A stretch of DNA of 64,000 nt from Macrostomum lignano (lineage: Eukaryota), in contig NIVC01000808.1 of the NCBI GenBank assembly GCA_002269645.1, positions 372,001 to 436,000 on the forward strand, read 5' to 3'. Made by a program: the position numbers and the translations under genes. Position 1 is the first letter of the stretch; every line of letters begins with the position of its first letter. The notes beneath the pieces are model-generated. The model did not search any database. It worked only from the letters and a program-made list of their open reading frames with translations, and was not told the DNA's origin. Positions 12,883 through 24,431 of the stretch are shown one piece after another.

Positions 12883-12969
12883 AGACTATTAGTAGACTGT
12901 ATATAATCCAATGCACTCATTATCTAATAAGTTATAACAAAAAGTGCATCTCAAATATTCAACCCGCAG

Positions 12970-14456
12970 GAATAGTGAACTGAGCGATTTTTGCTCCCGT
13001 CCGCCTGCCGGGCCTTCGCAGGGTTTTTGATGCTCCCCGGGCCGCCACAGTCAGCGCACAGTTGACAGAGGGCAGCGGCCTGGGGGCACTCGACAAGCCC
13101 CCTGTCACCCATGTTAGCCAAGAGTCGTCTGCTTATGCCGGCCGTCAATCTGGATTTGCGGTCGGGGTGGGCGGTCAGCCACTCGCTTACACGTTGCTAC
13201 CCGGTGCTGGCCAGCGCCAGACAATGGCGCTGTTCGTCACCGAGGGCGACCAGCTGGGCGAGCGGCTGAAGCAGCAGCTGACGGACATGCTGGAGTTTGC
13301 TGAAGAGGAGCTCCAGTGCGACCGTGTGCTGCTGGGTGTAAGTCGGCGAAGGCAGGATAAAGGTAAGTCAGTCAGCATCTATTATATGCAGCTTCGGTTT
13401 TCACATTTCAAATTTAACTTCAAACAGCTCTCAGACACCATAAAATCGAATAACTACTCGTACGAAGCTAGAAAATTAGCGGGATTCAGAGCTTCCAAGC
13501 TATCACAGAGATTGGCATGTGTCATATTTGAATTACAGGGATTAGCAGATATATCAATCTATAAGCCACAAAGATTAGCAGATTACCTAATGTCTAAGCT
13601 ACAAGGATTAGGAAATTACCTAATCTCTAAGCCACAAAGATTAGCAGATTACCTAATGTCTAAGCTACAAGGATTAGGAAATTACCTAATCTCTAAGCTA
13701 CAAGGATTAGGAAATTACCTAATCTCTAAGCCACAAAGATTAGCAGATTACCTAATGTCTAAGCTACAAGGATTAGGAAATTACCTAATCTCTAAGCTAC
13801 AAGGATTAGGAAATTACCTAATCTCTAAGCTACAAGGATTAGAAGATTACTTAATCTCTAAGCTACAAGGATTAGCAGATTGCCTAATCTCTAAGCTACA
13901 AGGATTACAAGATTACTTAATCTCTAAGCTACAAGGATTAACAGATTACCTGATCTCTAAGCTACAGGGATTAGCAGATTACCTGATCTCTAAGCTACAG
14001 GGATTAGCAGATTACCTGATCTCTAAGCTACAAGGATTAGCAGATTGCCTAATCTCTAAGCTACAAGGATTAGGAAATTACCTAATCTCTAAGCTACAAG
14101 GATTAGAAGGTTACTTAATCTCTAAGCTACAGGGATTAGCAGATTACCTAATTACCTAAGCTACAAAGATTAGCAGATTATTTAATCTCTAAGCTACAGG
14201 GATTAGCAGATTACCTGATCTCTAAGCTACAGGGATTAGCAGATTACCTGATCTCTAAGCTACAAGGTCAGGTCCGAGCAGATCGGATTAAGCCTCTAAC
14301 AGTAGTTGAGCACCAGAGCTATATAACCGGAATTGCAGACGCTCTGCTCAAGACGCTTCTTTTCCTCGGCTTCGCCGGCTACAACCCCGGCCGGAGGAGC
14401 GGCAGGGCATCGAGGCAGGCGACTTCGCTTACATGGTTTATCAGATTGCGGACTGA
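12970..14456 (+). CDS. OAZ: Ornithine decarboxylase antizyme; +1 programmed frameshift at TTT-TGA (13025-13030); exons 12970-13362 and 14339-14456
   Basis: ORF1 ends ...RPPAGPSQGF-stop; the +1 frame reads DAPRAA... into ALFVTEGDQLGERLKQQLTDMLEFAEEELQCDRVLLGVSRRRQDK|DALLKTLLFLGF and DFAYMVYQIAD*, matching the antizyme motifs LLEFAEE, LLRTFSFLGF and CFMAY. Donor AAAG|GTAAGT at 13363, acceptor TTGCAG|AC. A one-base frame break occurs in the last exon. Confidence 0.93.
13031..13107 (+). promoter_or_regulatory. RNA pseudoknot 3' of the antizyme frameshift site
   Basis: Stem 1: 13031-13045 with 13075-13088 (14 bp, one U bulge, one G-U). Stem 2: 13063-13073 with 13097-13107 (10 of 11 pairs). Confidence 0.8.
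13540..14267. repeat. 33-bp minisatellite in antizyme intron 2
   Basis: Unit TCTCTAAGCTACAAGGATTAGCAGATTACCTAA, about 21 copies. Confidence 0.95.
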
Positions 14457-15597
14457 GTGACCAGTTGTGTTTTAAAATCAATTATTGCTTGGGCATTGTT
14501 TTCAATTCTGTTTGCTCTCTGTCTGCCTGGCTCCAGTCAGCTCCCAGCTCTCTAGGGGCGCTCAGTTTGGCAGGGCGCACGCAGAATTGAGAACAAAGCA
14601 AAAGCAAAGTTGTTCAGTGAGGGCAGGTCGTGTTGTTCGTCTTTTTTCTTTAATAAACTCTGTCTCGCATCAATAATCAATATTTTCCCTCCTATTATTC
14701 AAATCAGTTAATTTTTAACTTGCTTCAGCCTGACTCCCAGCACCAGTTTATTTTTAACACATTACTAGTTAGTAACTCCTGTTAGATTTGCACCTGAAAA
14801 GAGTGTAAATGCGTATCTAATTCCATAAACTCTGTCCCCAAATGTTTATCCAGCTCTACTCGCTTCGATTCTGTTTGATCAATTGAAAATAAATACTCGA
14901 ACAAAAAAGCTCGCATATTGTGTGTCTGACTGGTTAATTTTTAAGCTATCGTATTCTTTTCATTCTTATTCCTTCGCCGTTGCAATCTATATCTATCTCT
15001 ATCTTATTTTTCTTTGGTTCAGTTCAGTTTTACCTGGCGCGCTGTGTTGCAAACATATTTCCAACTTTGGACTGTGGTTAAGATTGGAAAATTACCGGAG
15101 ATTTCCTTGAAAAAAGTCTAGAGAGAGAGATAGAGAGGGGCCAGCTGGAGGGCAAAGTTCTAAGCAGTCGAGTTAGCACGTGACAGCACAGCAGCGCCTG
15201 GCTGTCTCAAGACCTGCTGCAATAGAACAGCTCTCTAACTTTCTCTCTGTGTGTAGCAGCTTAGCCTTAGTGTTTACAGTCGGATATATTTGCTTTGCAA
15301 GCGCTTTTTGCTGATAAAATACTACTAAACGCCCCCAAAAAGTTAAAACTGTTTACTATTATTCTTAATAATAATAATAATAATCATTATCCGAATCATT
15401 GTGTGACTGACTAAAAACACTTAAAATATGCTTTTTTAAGTTTTGTCCTTGATTATTTTCTCTGGAAAGGTATGCTTAGTAGGCAATCTTAACTGTATGG
15501 TAATTAATCTGGATTTGAAATCTAGAAGTTTAGAAGTTTAGACGTAGCAAGTTGTTCATTAAAGGAGCAAACTAGTTTTTTTATTAATTAATACTCG

Positions 15598-15872
15598 TAA
15601 TAATAATAATTGATTACAACTGCTCTAATGGGCAGATGTGCAACCGGACAGCTCAGCCGCAGCTATTGCTGTTTAGTCTAAAGACACTGGGGTCACCACA
15701 CACAGCCTCAATTACCCCAGCTAATGCTGGCACCCATTTTACAGCTGGGTGAACTGAAGCAATGCAGAGTTGAGAGTGTCTTGCTCAAATGACACAAACT
15801 GTTCTAGCGGGACCGAGAATCGAACCCCCGACGCTCTAACCACCAGGCTACAGCCCCATCAGCTACAACCCC
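15598..15872 (-). mobile_element. tRNA-derived SINE with CORE/Meta-like central domain, copy 1
   Basis: Minus strand: GGGGTTGTAGC head, GGTTCGATTC B-box, GTGTCATTTGAGCAAGACAC and CACCCAGCTGTAAAATGGGTGCC core motifs, (ATT)n tail; homologous to 59481-59928. Confidence 0.8.
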
Positions 15873-16271
15873 TGTAGCTTATTTTTCTTATAACTGTCTG
15901 GATAGATCGGTGCAGACTATCGGCTCTATTTTTGGGGAAATCACGGGACCCGCTGTGTACTTTTAAAAAAGTTCGTCTGCATTTCTGTACCCGTCACCCG
16001 ATCCCTTCGGCTGGCTGAACTTGCACGCGAAATCTACTGATAGGATTTTCGGGAACAGCTGACCCTTAATTTGCAGTAGTGACGTCACTAGCTTGGCATA
16101 CGGTAAAACGAATTCATGAGAAAGCGCTAGTTTTGCTTCATGCATTAATTTTCAATATTATGTTGCAAAAGACTCTGGTGAGTTCAAATCCAAAGTCTAG
16201 CAGGTTTATTGACAGTGTTTTGAGTGAATGCAGATTACGCGGGATTAGTAAGAGCAAGTGAAAGGCAATGG

Positions 16272-16739
16272 CCACTGTTAACATAGCAGGACGTAAAACT
16301 CCTGAATAAAATACACTGCGAAGTTAGGAATAATTAATTATTTTTCATCACAAAATTAATCATTGCGTTTGATCTGGGGAAGTGAAGATTTCCATTCCTT
16401 CAATTTAGCATGCACAACATGTTACTCTGTTGTATTTTATATTGTTTTTTAGTATTATTTAATCGTATTTTATATAGGTCTGCATGCAAAAACTTTATTG
16501 AAGAAGAAACGAAATAAAAATTTCACTAGTGAGTACACTATAACTTCGGCTTTGGGCTTGTAAAAAATAGCGTATGAAAATAATACTTTCACTAACTACA
16601 TGTGTGTAAAATATTAAAGTAATGGTAATCTTCATTGACCCTCTATTGATTCTGAGATTCTGAGATTCTGAGATTCTGAGATCGGCCTCCTAAAAAATTA
16701 CACGATCTACGAGTTTTACGTCCTGTTTTACTACAGTGG
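16272..16739. mobile_element. Putative MITE with ~30-bp imperfect TIRs
   Basis: CCACTGT..CAGGACGTAAAACTC at the left end and its reverse complement at the right end; no clear TSD. Confidence 0.5.
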
Positions 16740-17589
16740 TCCTTGGTGAAAGGCTGTATGATGCAAGCTACATGTAAAGCAATCGTTATAACAGGATGCA
16801 TTTGGATTGTGAACAAACCGGTTAGAGACGATTCACTGAAAAAGAATTACGCTCATATTATTTTAAATAATATCCTACTAACAGTAGCAATCTGTGCGTG
16901 TAATCGCAGGCTTAAAAAACTAGACATAGCATATTTCAATATTATAAAATAGCAAAAAATATTCGCGTGTTAATGTCGAAACCTAAAGTACAAGGGCGCT
17001 TATCCTCGACTTTCTTAGAAACGATCGCTCTGCAACAATATTATAAGAAACGTAATAAATATTTAAATTTGTCGCTTCGTTAGTGCAGATAGTTTGAATG
17101 GAGTTTTCACCATTGACAAATTCACCCGGGAAAATGATCGGATCTCTCGAGAGCGTATAGAATGCACTATAGCCATTATAGTCTAGAAATGATGAGTTAA
17201 TTATAAACCTTGCACGCATGTAGGAGCGTAAATGTTTGTACAAATCACATTAAAACAAAAAGCGCTATATATACGCTCGTACACTATGCAATATCAATAG
17301 CACTAAAATATTGTCTGATCATCCATGGGTTTGAACTGAGAATCCCCCAGTGATGCTTGCTGTAAATTGGGAGCAAAAAAAGTAAAACAAACTACGAGCT
17401 GGCGAGCTAAAGCAGGACTTTGCACTCGAAATCTTGCGAATTTCACTGGAGGCAAAGTGCTGACCCAAAGACCAGGAAAGCAATTGCAAAGTTTCTGGTG
17501 AAATTTCTGTTCCTATCTCTCAAGCCTAAAGCGCAAAATTCGAATGATCTGCCAGTTCAGCATCCGTGCGCGCATGTCCATGGCATTGA

Positions 17590-20500
17590 TCAGCCGGTGT
17601 CACCGCCGCCGCCAGCCCGGTAGCTGTGCAGCATCCGGCGGTTCACCGGCCACACATCGGGGTTCCACTGCTTGGCCTCAAGCTCCTCGGCAGTTGGCAC
17701 GTAGGGCGTGTGCAGCCGCACCGCGCTGCCAGCCACGCTCAGCAGCTTCACCTCCAGCGGTCCGACATTCATCAGCTCTCCTAGCGAGCGCCCGTCATCG
17801 CCCAGCTCGCGTAGCAGCTGGCGGAGCTCCTCGTCGCCTGCCTCGATGTCGTCCTCAGCGTCGCTGTCAGCTGCGTCGTCGTCCCTGTCGCCGACGCCGG
17901 AGCCCCGCTCCGAGGCGGACTGCAGACGGGTGGTCAGCGCCAGGAACCGGTCCTCCAGAGCCTTCTCCGAGGCGCTTCGAGGCTGGCGCGAGGCGCCGTC
18001 CTCTGAATCGCCGGTGCCGCCGATGGCGCCTTTGGAGGCCAGGACCTACGGGAGAGGAAAAATGTGAGGGAGAGATGTACTGAGGTGCTGAGCTCGAACT
18101 AGATCCTGCAACGTTACACACTCTGAGACACACCCTGAGATTCCCATAGACACACCCTGAGATTACCATAGACACACCCTGAGATTCCCATAGACACACC
18201 CTGAGATTACCTTTGACACACCCTGAGATTACCTTTGACACACCCTGAGATTCCCATAGACGCATCCGCAGGATCCTCATAGACAAATCCCCAGGATCCT
18301 CATAGAAACATCCCCAGGATCCTCATGAAACATCCCCAGGATTCTCATGAAACATCCCCAGGATCTTCATGAAACATCCCCAGGATCTTCATGAAACATC
18401 CCCAGGATCTTCATGAAACATCCCCAGGATCCTCATGAAACATCCCCAGGATCCTCATGAAACATCCCCAGGATCCTCATGAAACATCCCCAGGATCCTC
18501 ATGAAACATCACCAGGATCCTCATGAAACATCCCCAGGATCCTCATGAAACATCCCCAGGATCCTCATGAAACATCCCAAGGATCCTCATGAAACATCCC
18601 TAGGATCCTCATGAAACATCCCCAGGATCCTCATGAAACATCCCCAGGATCCTCAAAAAACACCCCCAGGATCCCCATGAAACATCCCCAGGATCCTCAT
18701 AGACACATTGTCAGATTTCCCATCAAATAATCCCACAGAGCTTTGCCCACCTGGTCCAGGTCGAGCTCCAGCAGGCCCGGCTCAGCCAGGCTGTCCCCAT
18801 CCCGGAACTGCGTGAGGAAGAAGTCCCTGGAGAAGCGCAGGTCCTGGACCCGGCACTCAAACAGGTCGGCCATGATTCGCAGATTGCGACGCTCCAGGTC
18901 CTCCACCTGGGCCAGCACCCGTTCCATCTCGGCCCGGTGGGTCTCAGCCTCTTCCTTCAACCAGCTGTTGTCCACAAGCTCCTGGGTGATGCCGACGGGC
19001 GGGGGTCAGCGAGTGCGGTGGAGTTCAGCGGATCGCATCAGTGACAGTTCCGAGTATTTTTAAATTCACTGCAGCTCTAGCCCGTGTAGCTTTACACTTA
19101 GCAGATAAGTGGATTGCTAATCTAGCCAACAAGGATTATTAAGGAATAGAATGGATGGCTAATCTAGCCAGCATGGATTATGAAAGGATAGAATGGATTG
19201 CTAATCTAGCCAACATGGATTATTAAGGAATAGAATGGATTGCTAATCTAGCCAACATGGATTATTAAGGAATAATAGAATGGATTGCTAATCTAGCCAA
19301 CATGGATTATTAAGGAATAGAATGGATTGCTAATCTAGCCAACAAGGATTATTAAGGAATAGAATGGATTGCTAATCTAGCCAACAAGGATTATTAAGGA
19401 ATAGAATGGATTGCTAATCTAGCCAACAAGGATTATTAAGGAATAGAATGGATTGCTAATCTAGCTAACATGGATTATTAAGGAATAGAATGGATTGCTA
19501 ATCTAGCCAACAAGGATTATTAAGGAATAGAATGGATTGCTAATCTAGCCAACATGGATTATTAAGGAATAGAATGGATTGCTAATCAAGCCAACATGGA
19601 TTATTAAGGAATAGAATGGATTGCTAATCTAGCCAACATGGATTATCAAGGAATAGAATGGATGGCTAATCTAGCCAACATGGATTATTAAGGAATAATA
19701 GAATGGATTGATAATCTAGCCAGCATGGATTATGAAAGGATAGAATGGATTGCTAATCTAGCCAACATGGATTATTAAGGAATAGAATGGATGGCTAATC
19801 TAGCCAACATGGATTATTAAGGAATAGAATGGATTGCTAATCTAGCCAACAAGGATTATTAAGGAATAGAATGGATTGCTAATCTAGCTAACATGGATTA
19901 TGAAAGGATAGAATGGATTGCTAATCTAGCCAACAAGGATTATTAAGGAATAGAATGGATTGCTAATCTAGCCAACATGGATTATTAAGGAATAGAATGG
20001 ATTGCTAATCTAGCCAACAAGGATTATTAAGGAATAGAATGGATTGCTAATCTAGCCAACATGGATTATTAAGGAATAGAATGGATTGCTAATCAAGCCA
20101 ACATGGATTATTAAGGAATAGAATGGATTGCTAATCTAGCCAACATGGATTATCAAGGAATAGAATGGATGGCTAATCTAGCCAACATGGATTATTAAGG
20201 AATAATAGAATGGATTGATAATCTAGCCAGCATGGATTATGAAAGGATAGAATGGATTGCTAATCTAGCCAACATGGATTATTAAGGAATAGAATGGATG
20301 GCTAATCTAGCCAACATGGATTATTAAGGAATAGAATGGATTGCTAATCTAGCCAACAAGGATTATTAAGGAATAGAATGGATTGCTAATCTAGCTAACA
20401 TGGATTATGAAAGGATAGAATGGATTGCTAATCTAGCCAACAAGGATTATTAAGGAATAGAATGGATTGCTAATCTAGCCAACAAGGATTATTAAGGAAT

Positions 20501-23500
20501 AGAATGGATTGCTAATCTAGCCAACAAGGATTATTAAGGAATAGAATGGATTGCTAATCTAGCCAACAAGGATTATTAAGGAATAGAATGGATTGCTAAT
20601 CCAGCCAACAAGGATTATTAAGGAATAGAATGGATTGCTAATCTAGCCAACATGGATTATTAAGGAATAGAATGGATTGCTAATCTAGCCAACATGGATT
20701 ATTAAGGAATAGAATGGATTGCTAATCTAGCCAACAAGGATTATTAAGGAATAGAATGGATGGCTAATCTAGCCAGCATGGATTATGAAAGGATAGAATG
20801 GATTGCTAATCTAGCCAACATGGATTATTAAGGAATAGAATGGATTGCTAATCTAGCCAACATGGATTATTAAGGAATAATAGAATGGATTGCTAATCTA
20901 GCCAGCATGGATTATGAAAGGATAGAATGGATTGCTAATCTAGCCAACAAGGATTATTAAGGAATAGAATGGATTGCTAATCTAGCTAACATGGATTATG
21001 AAAGGATAGAATGGATTGCTAATCTAGCCAACAAGGATTATTAAGGAATAGAATGGATTGCTAATCTAGCCAACATGGATTATTAAGGAATAGAATGGAT
21101 TGCTAATCTAGCCAACAAGGATTATTAAGGAATAGAATGGATTGCTAATCTAGCCAACAAGGATTATTAAGGACTAGAATGGATTGCTAATCTAGCCAAC
21201 AAGGATTATTAAGGAATAGAATGGATTGCTAATCTAGCCAACAAGGATTATTAAGGAATAGAATGGATTGCTAATCTAGCCAACATGGATTATTAAGGAA
21301 TAGAATGGATTGCTAATCTAGCCAACATGGATTATTAAGGAATAGAATGGATTGCTAATCTAGCTAACATGGATTATTAAGGAATAGAATGGATTGCTAA
21401 TCTAGCCAACATGGATTATTAAGGAATAGAATGGATTGCTAATCTAGCCAACATGAATTATTAAGGAATAGAATGGATTGCTAATCTAGCCAACATGGAT
21501 TATTAAGGAATAGAATGGATTGCTAATCTAGCCAACATGGATTATTAAGGAATAGAATGGATTGCTAATCTAGCCAACATGGATTATTAAGGAATAGAAT
21601 GGATTGCTAATCTGACCTGCTTAGTATTCTTGTCCAGCTGCTGCACCGCAGTATCCGTGGCCCGACTCTTCTGTTCCTCCAGCGCCGTGTCAGTGGTGGT
21701 CTGGATGCGGTCCCGGTCCTGCCGTGTCTTCCTGTCCAAGTACTCGCACATGGACTTGAACGTCTCGTCGATGTCGCGCACCTCCTGGCGCAGCAGCCGG
21801 ATGCTGGTCTGCTGCTCCAGCTGGCCGCGGTCGCGGAACTCTCGCCAGGTTTCAATCTCGGACCTGGTGGCCGCCGTGTCCGCTATGGTCTGCTCGATCT
21901 CCTGGCGGAGGCTGCGGATCTCCTCCCGCTCCTGGGAAAGCCGGGCGAAGCTGATTGAGCCGGTTGTCTGGCTAATTGAGCCTGGTTGTCTGGCTAATTG
22001 AGCCGGTTGTCTGGCTAATTGAGTCTGTTAATCTGGCTAATTGAGCCTGGTTGTCTGGCTAATTGAGCCTGTTAATCTGGCTAATTGAGCCTGGTTGTCT
22101 GGCTAATTGAGCCTGTTAATCTGGCTAATTGAGCCTGGTTGTCTGGCTAATTGAGCCTGGTTGTCTGGCTAATTGAGTCTGTTAATCTGGCTAATTATGT
22201 GTGATAATCTGTTTAATGATGTGTGATAATCTGGCTAATGATGTGTGATAATCTGTTTAATGATGTGTTATAATCTGGCTAATGATGTGTGATAATCTGA
22301 CCAATGATGTGTGATAATCTGGCTAATGATGTATGATAATCTGGCTAATGATGTGTGATAATCTGGCTAATGATGTATGATAATCTGGCTAATTATGTGT
22401 GATAATCTGGCTAATGATGTATGATAATCTGGCTAATTATGTGTGATAATCTGGCTAATGATGTGTGATAATCTGGCTAATTATGTGTGATAATCTGGCT
22501 AATGATGTGTGATAATCTGGCTAATTATGTGTGATAATCTGGCTAATGATGTATGATAATCTGGCTAATGATGTATGATAATCTGGCTAATTATGTGTGA
22601 TAATCTGGCTAATTATGTATGATAATCTGGCTAATTATGTGTGATAATCTGGCTAATGATGTATGATAATCTGGCTAATTATGTGTGATAATCTGGCTAA
22701 TGATGTGTGATAATCTGGCTAATGATGTATGATAATCTGGCTAATTATGTGTGATAATCTGGCTAATGATGTGTGATAATCTGGCTAATGATGTGTGATA
22801 ATCTGGCTAATTATGTGTGATAATCTGGCTAATGATGTGTGATAATCTGGCTAATGATGTGTGATAATCTGGCTAATGATGTGTGATAATCTGGCTAATG
22901 ATGTATGATAATCTGGCTAATTATGTGTGATAATCTGGCTAATGATGTGTGATAATCTGGCTAATGATGTGTGATAATCTGGCTAATGATGTATGATAAT
23001 CTGGCTAATGATGTATGATAATCTGGCTAATGATGTGTGATAATCTGGCTAATGATGTGTGATAATCTGGCTAATTATGTGTGATAATCTGGCTAATGAT
23101 GTGTGATAATCTGGCTAATTATGTGTGATAATCTGGCTAATTATGTGTGATAATCTGGCTAATTATGTGTGATAATCTGGCTAATGATGTGTGATAATCT
23201 GGCTAATTATGTGTGATAATCTGGCTAATTATGTGTGATAATCTGGCTAATGATGTGTGATAATCTGGCTAATGATGTATGATAATCTGGCTAATGATGT
23301 GTGATAATCTGGCTAATGATGTATGATAATCTGGCTAATTATGTGTGATAATCTGGCTAATGATGTGTGATAATCTGGCTAATGATGTGTGATAATCTGG
23401 CTAATGATGTGTGATAATCTGGTTAATGATGTATGATAATCTGGCTAATGATGTGTGATAATCTGGCTAATGAGGTGTGATATTCTGGCTAATTATGTGT

Positions 23501-24281
23501 GATAATCTGGCTAATTATGTGTGATATTCTGGCTAACAATCTGGCCACTGATCACCTGCTGGTCCAGTCGCCAGTTCTCTTGCATAGCTGCCACCACCTC
23601 GGGCCGGTCAGTAAAGTGCTCCGAGTCCTTTTTCTCCTGCTCTTGCAGCCGCTTCAGCAGCATATTCATGTACGCCTCGCGCTCCTCAGCCAGCCGCTTG
23701 TTCCGTTCTTGGTTCCGCTCCTTCATCTCCAGCTGGCCTTTCACCTGTGCGTTTTGTATTCGGGATTGATTACTGTTAATTTGAGTACGCTGTCACTAGA
23801 TTAGTGGCTATACTAGTCACTGTCACTAGATTAGTGGCTAGTCACTGTCACTAGGTTAGTGTCTAGTCACTGTCACTAGATTAGTGGCTAGTCACTGTCA
23901 CTAGATTAGTGGCTAGTCACTATCACTAGATTAGTGTCTAGTCACTGTCACTAGGTTAGTGTCTAGTCACTGTCACTAGGTTAGTGTCTAGTCACTGTCA
24001 CTAGGTTAGTGTCTAGTCACTGTCACTAGGTTAGTGTCTAGTCACTGTCACTAGGTTAGTGTCTAGTCACTGTGACTAGATTAGTGCTCTGCACCAAGTG
24101 GAGTTGCCGGAGACAAGCCAGGTCTCACCTGAAACGCGATCTCCTCCAGCTCCCGCTCCTGCAGCTTGATCTTGTAGTCCCAGATGGCCTCAGCTGGCGT
24201 CATGCCGGGTTCCTTGGCCTTCTTGGACTTTTTGCCGCCCTTCTTTCCCTTCTTGCCGCCGCCTTTTTTGCCTTTAGGCAT
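17590..24281 (-). CDS. CCDC83: Coiled-coil domain-containing protein 83, ~447 aa; exons 24281-24129, 23744-23556, 21931-21617, 18981-18751, 18045-17590
   Basis: All junctions GT-AG, phase 0. EAIWDYKIKLQERELEEIAFQVK, QENWRLDQQ, VDNSWLKEEAETHRAE and NVGPLEVKLLSV are collinear with the vertebrate CCDC83 segments EALLDYQCQIKE, WENDWLKKEIAIHRKE and NLGPLGVKLMSV (recalled, not searched). Confidence 0.85.
18125..18700. repeat. Two adjacent 22-bp minisatellites in CCDC83 intron 4
   Basis: GACACACCCTGAGATTCCCATA followed by CATCCCCAGGATCCTCATGAAA. Confidence 0.93.
19130..21612. repeat. 39-bp minisatellite (~63 copies) filling CCDC83 intron 3
   Basis: Unit GGATTGCTAATCTAGCCAACATGGATTATTAAGGAATAGAAT-type; contains a 507-bp higher-order duplication. 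Confidence 0.97.
21950..23540. repeat. Two adjacent 22-bp minisatellites in CCDC83 intron 2
   Basis: CTGGCTAATTGAGCCTGGTTGT (21950-22190) followed by CTGGCTAATGATGTGTGATAAT (22190-23540). Confidence 0.95.
23800..24085. repeat. 25-bp minisatellite in CCDC83 intron 1
   Basis: Unit AGTCACTGTCACTAGGTTAGTGTCT. Confidence 0.95.
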
Positions 24282-24431
24282 GGCAGAGCTCGTTGGCAAA
24301 TGCGGCTATAGCTAATAGTGGGATATTTTAGCTGGAAAAACTTTATTGAGACAATGCTTAAACCGATCTGAGACTGCTCTACTGGAGAATGAAGTCGGCG
24401 CTCTCTTTCTAACAGCCGCCTCCCCTCTCCG

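Noticed and set aside
13062-14159. 365-aa ORF as a standalone gene
   Set aside because: It starts at TTG inside antizyme ORF2 and runs through the intron; it is explained by frameshifting plus splicing.
14408-14423. 16-nt identity (CATCGAGGCAGGCGAC) between antizyme exon 3 and CCDC83 exon 5 (17833-17848, inverted)
   Set aside because: There is no flanking similarity; it is compatible with chance under strong GC codon bias.
19130-23540. Regular 22-46-bp repeats as a CRISPR array
   Set aside because: Units are directly adjacent with no unique spacers, there are no cas genes, and the context is eukaryotic introns.
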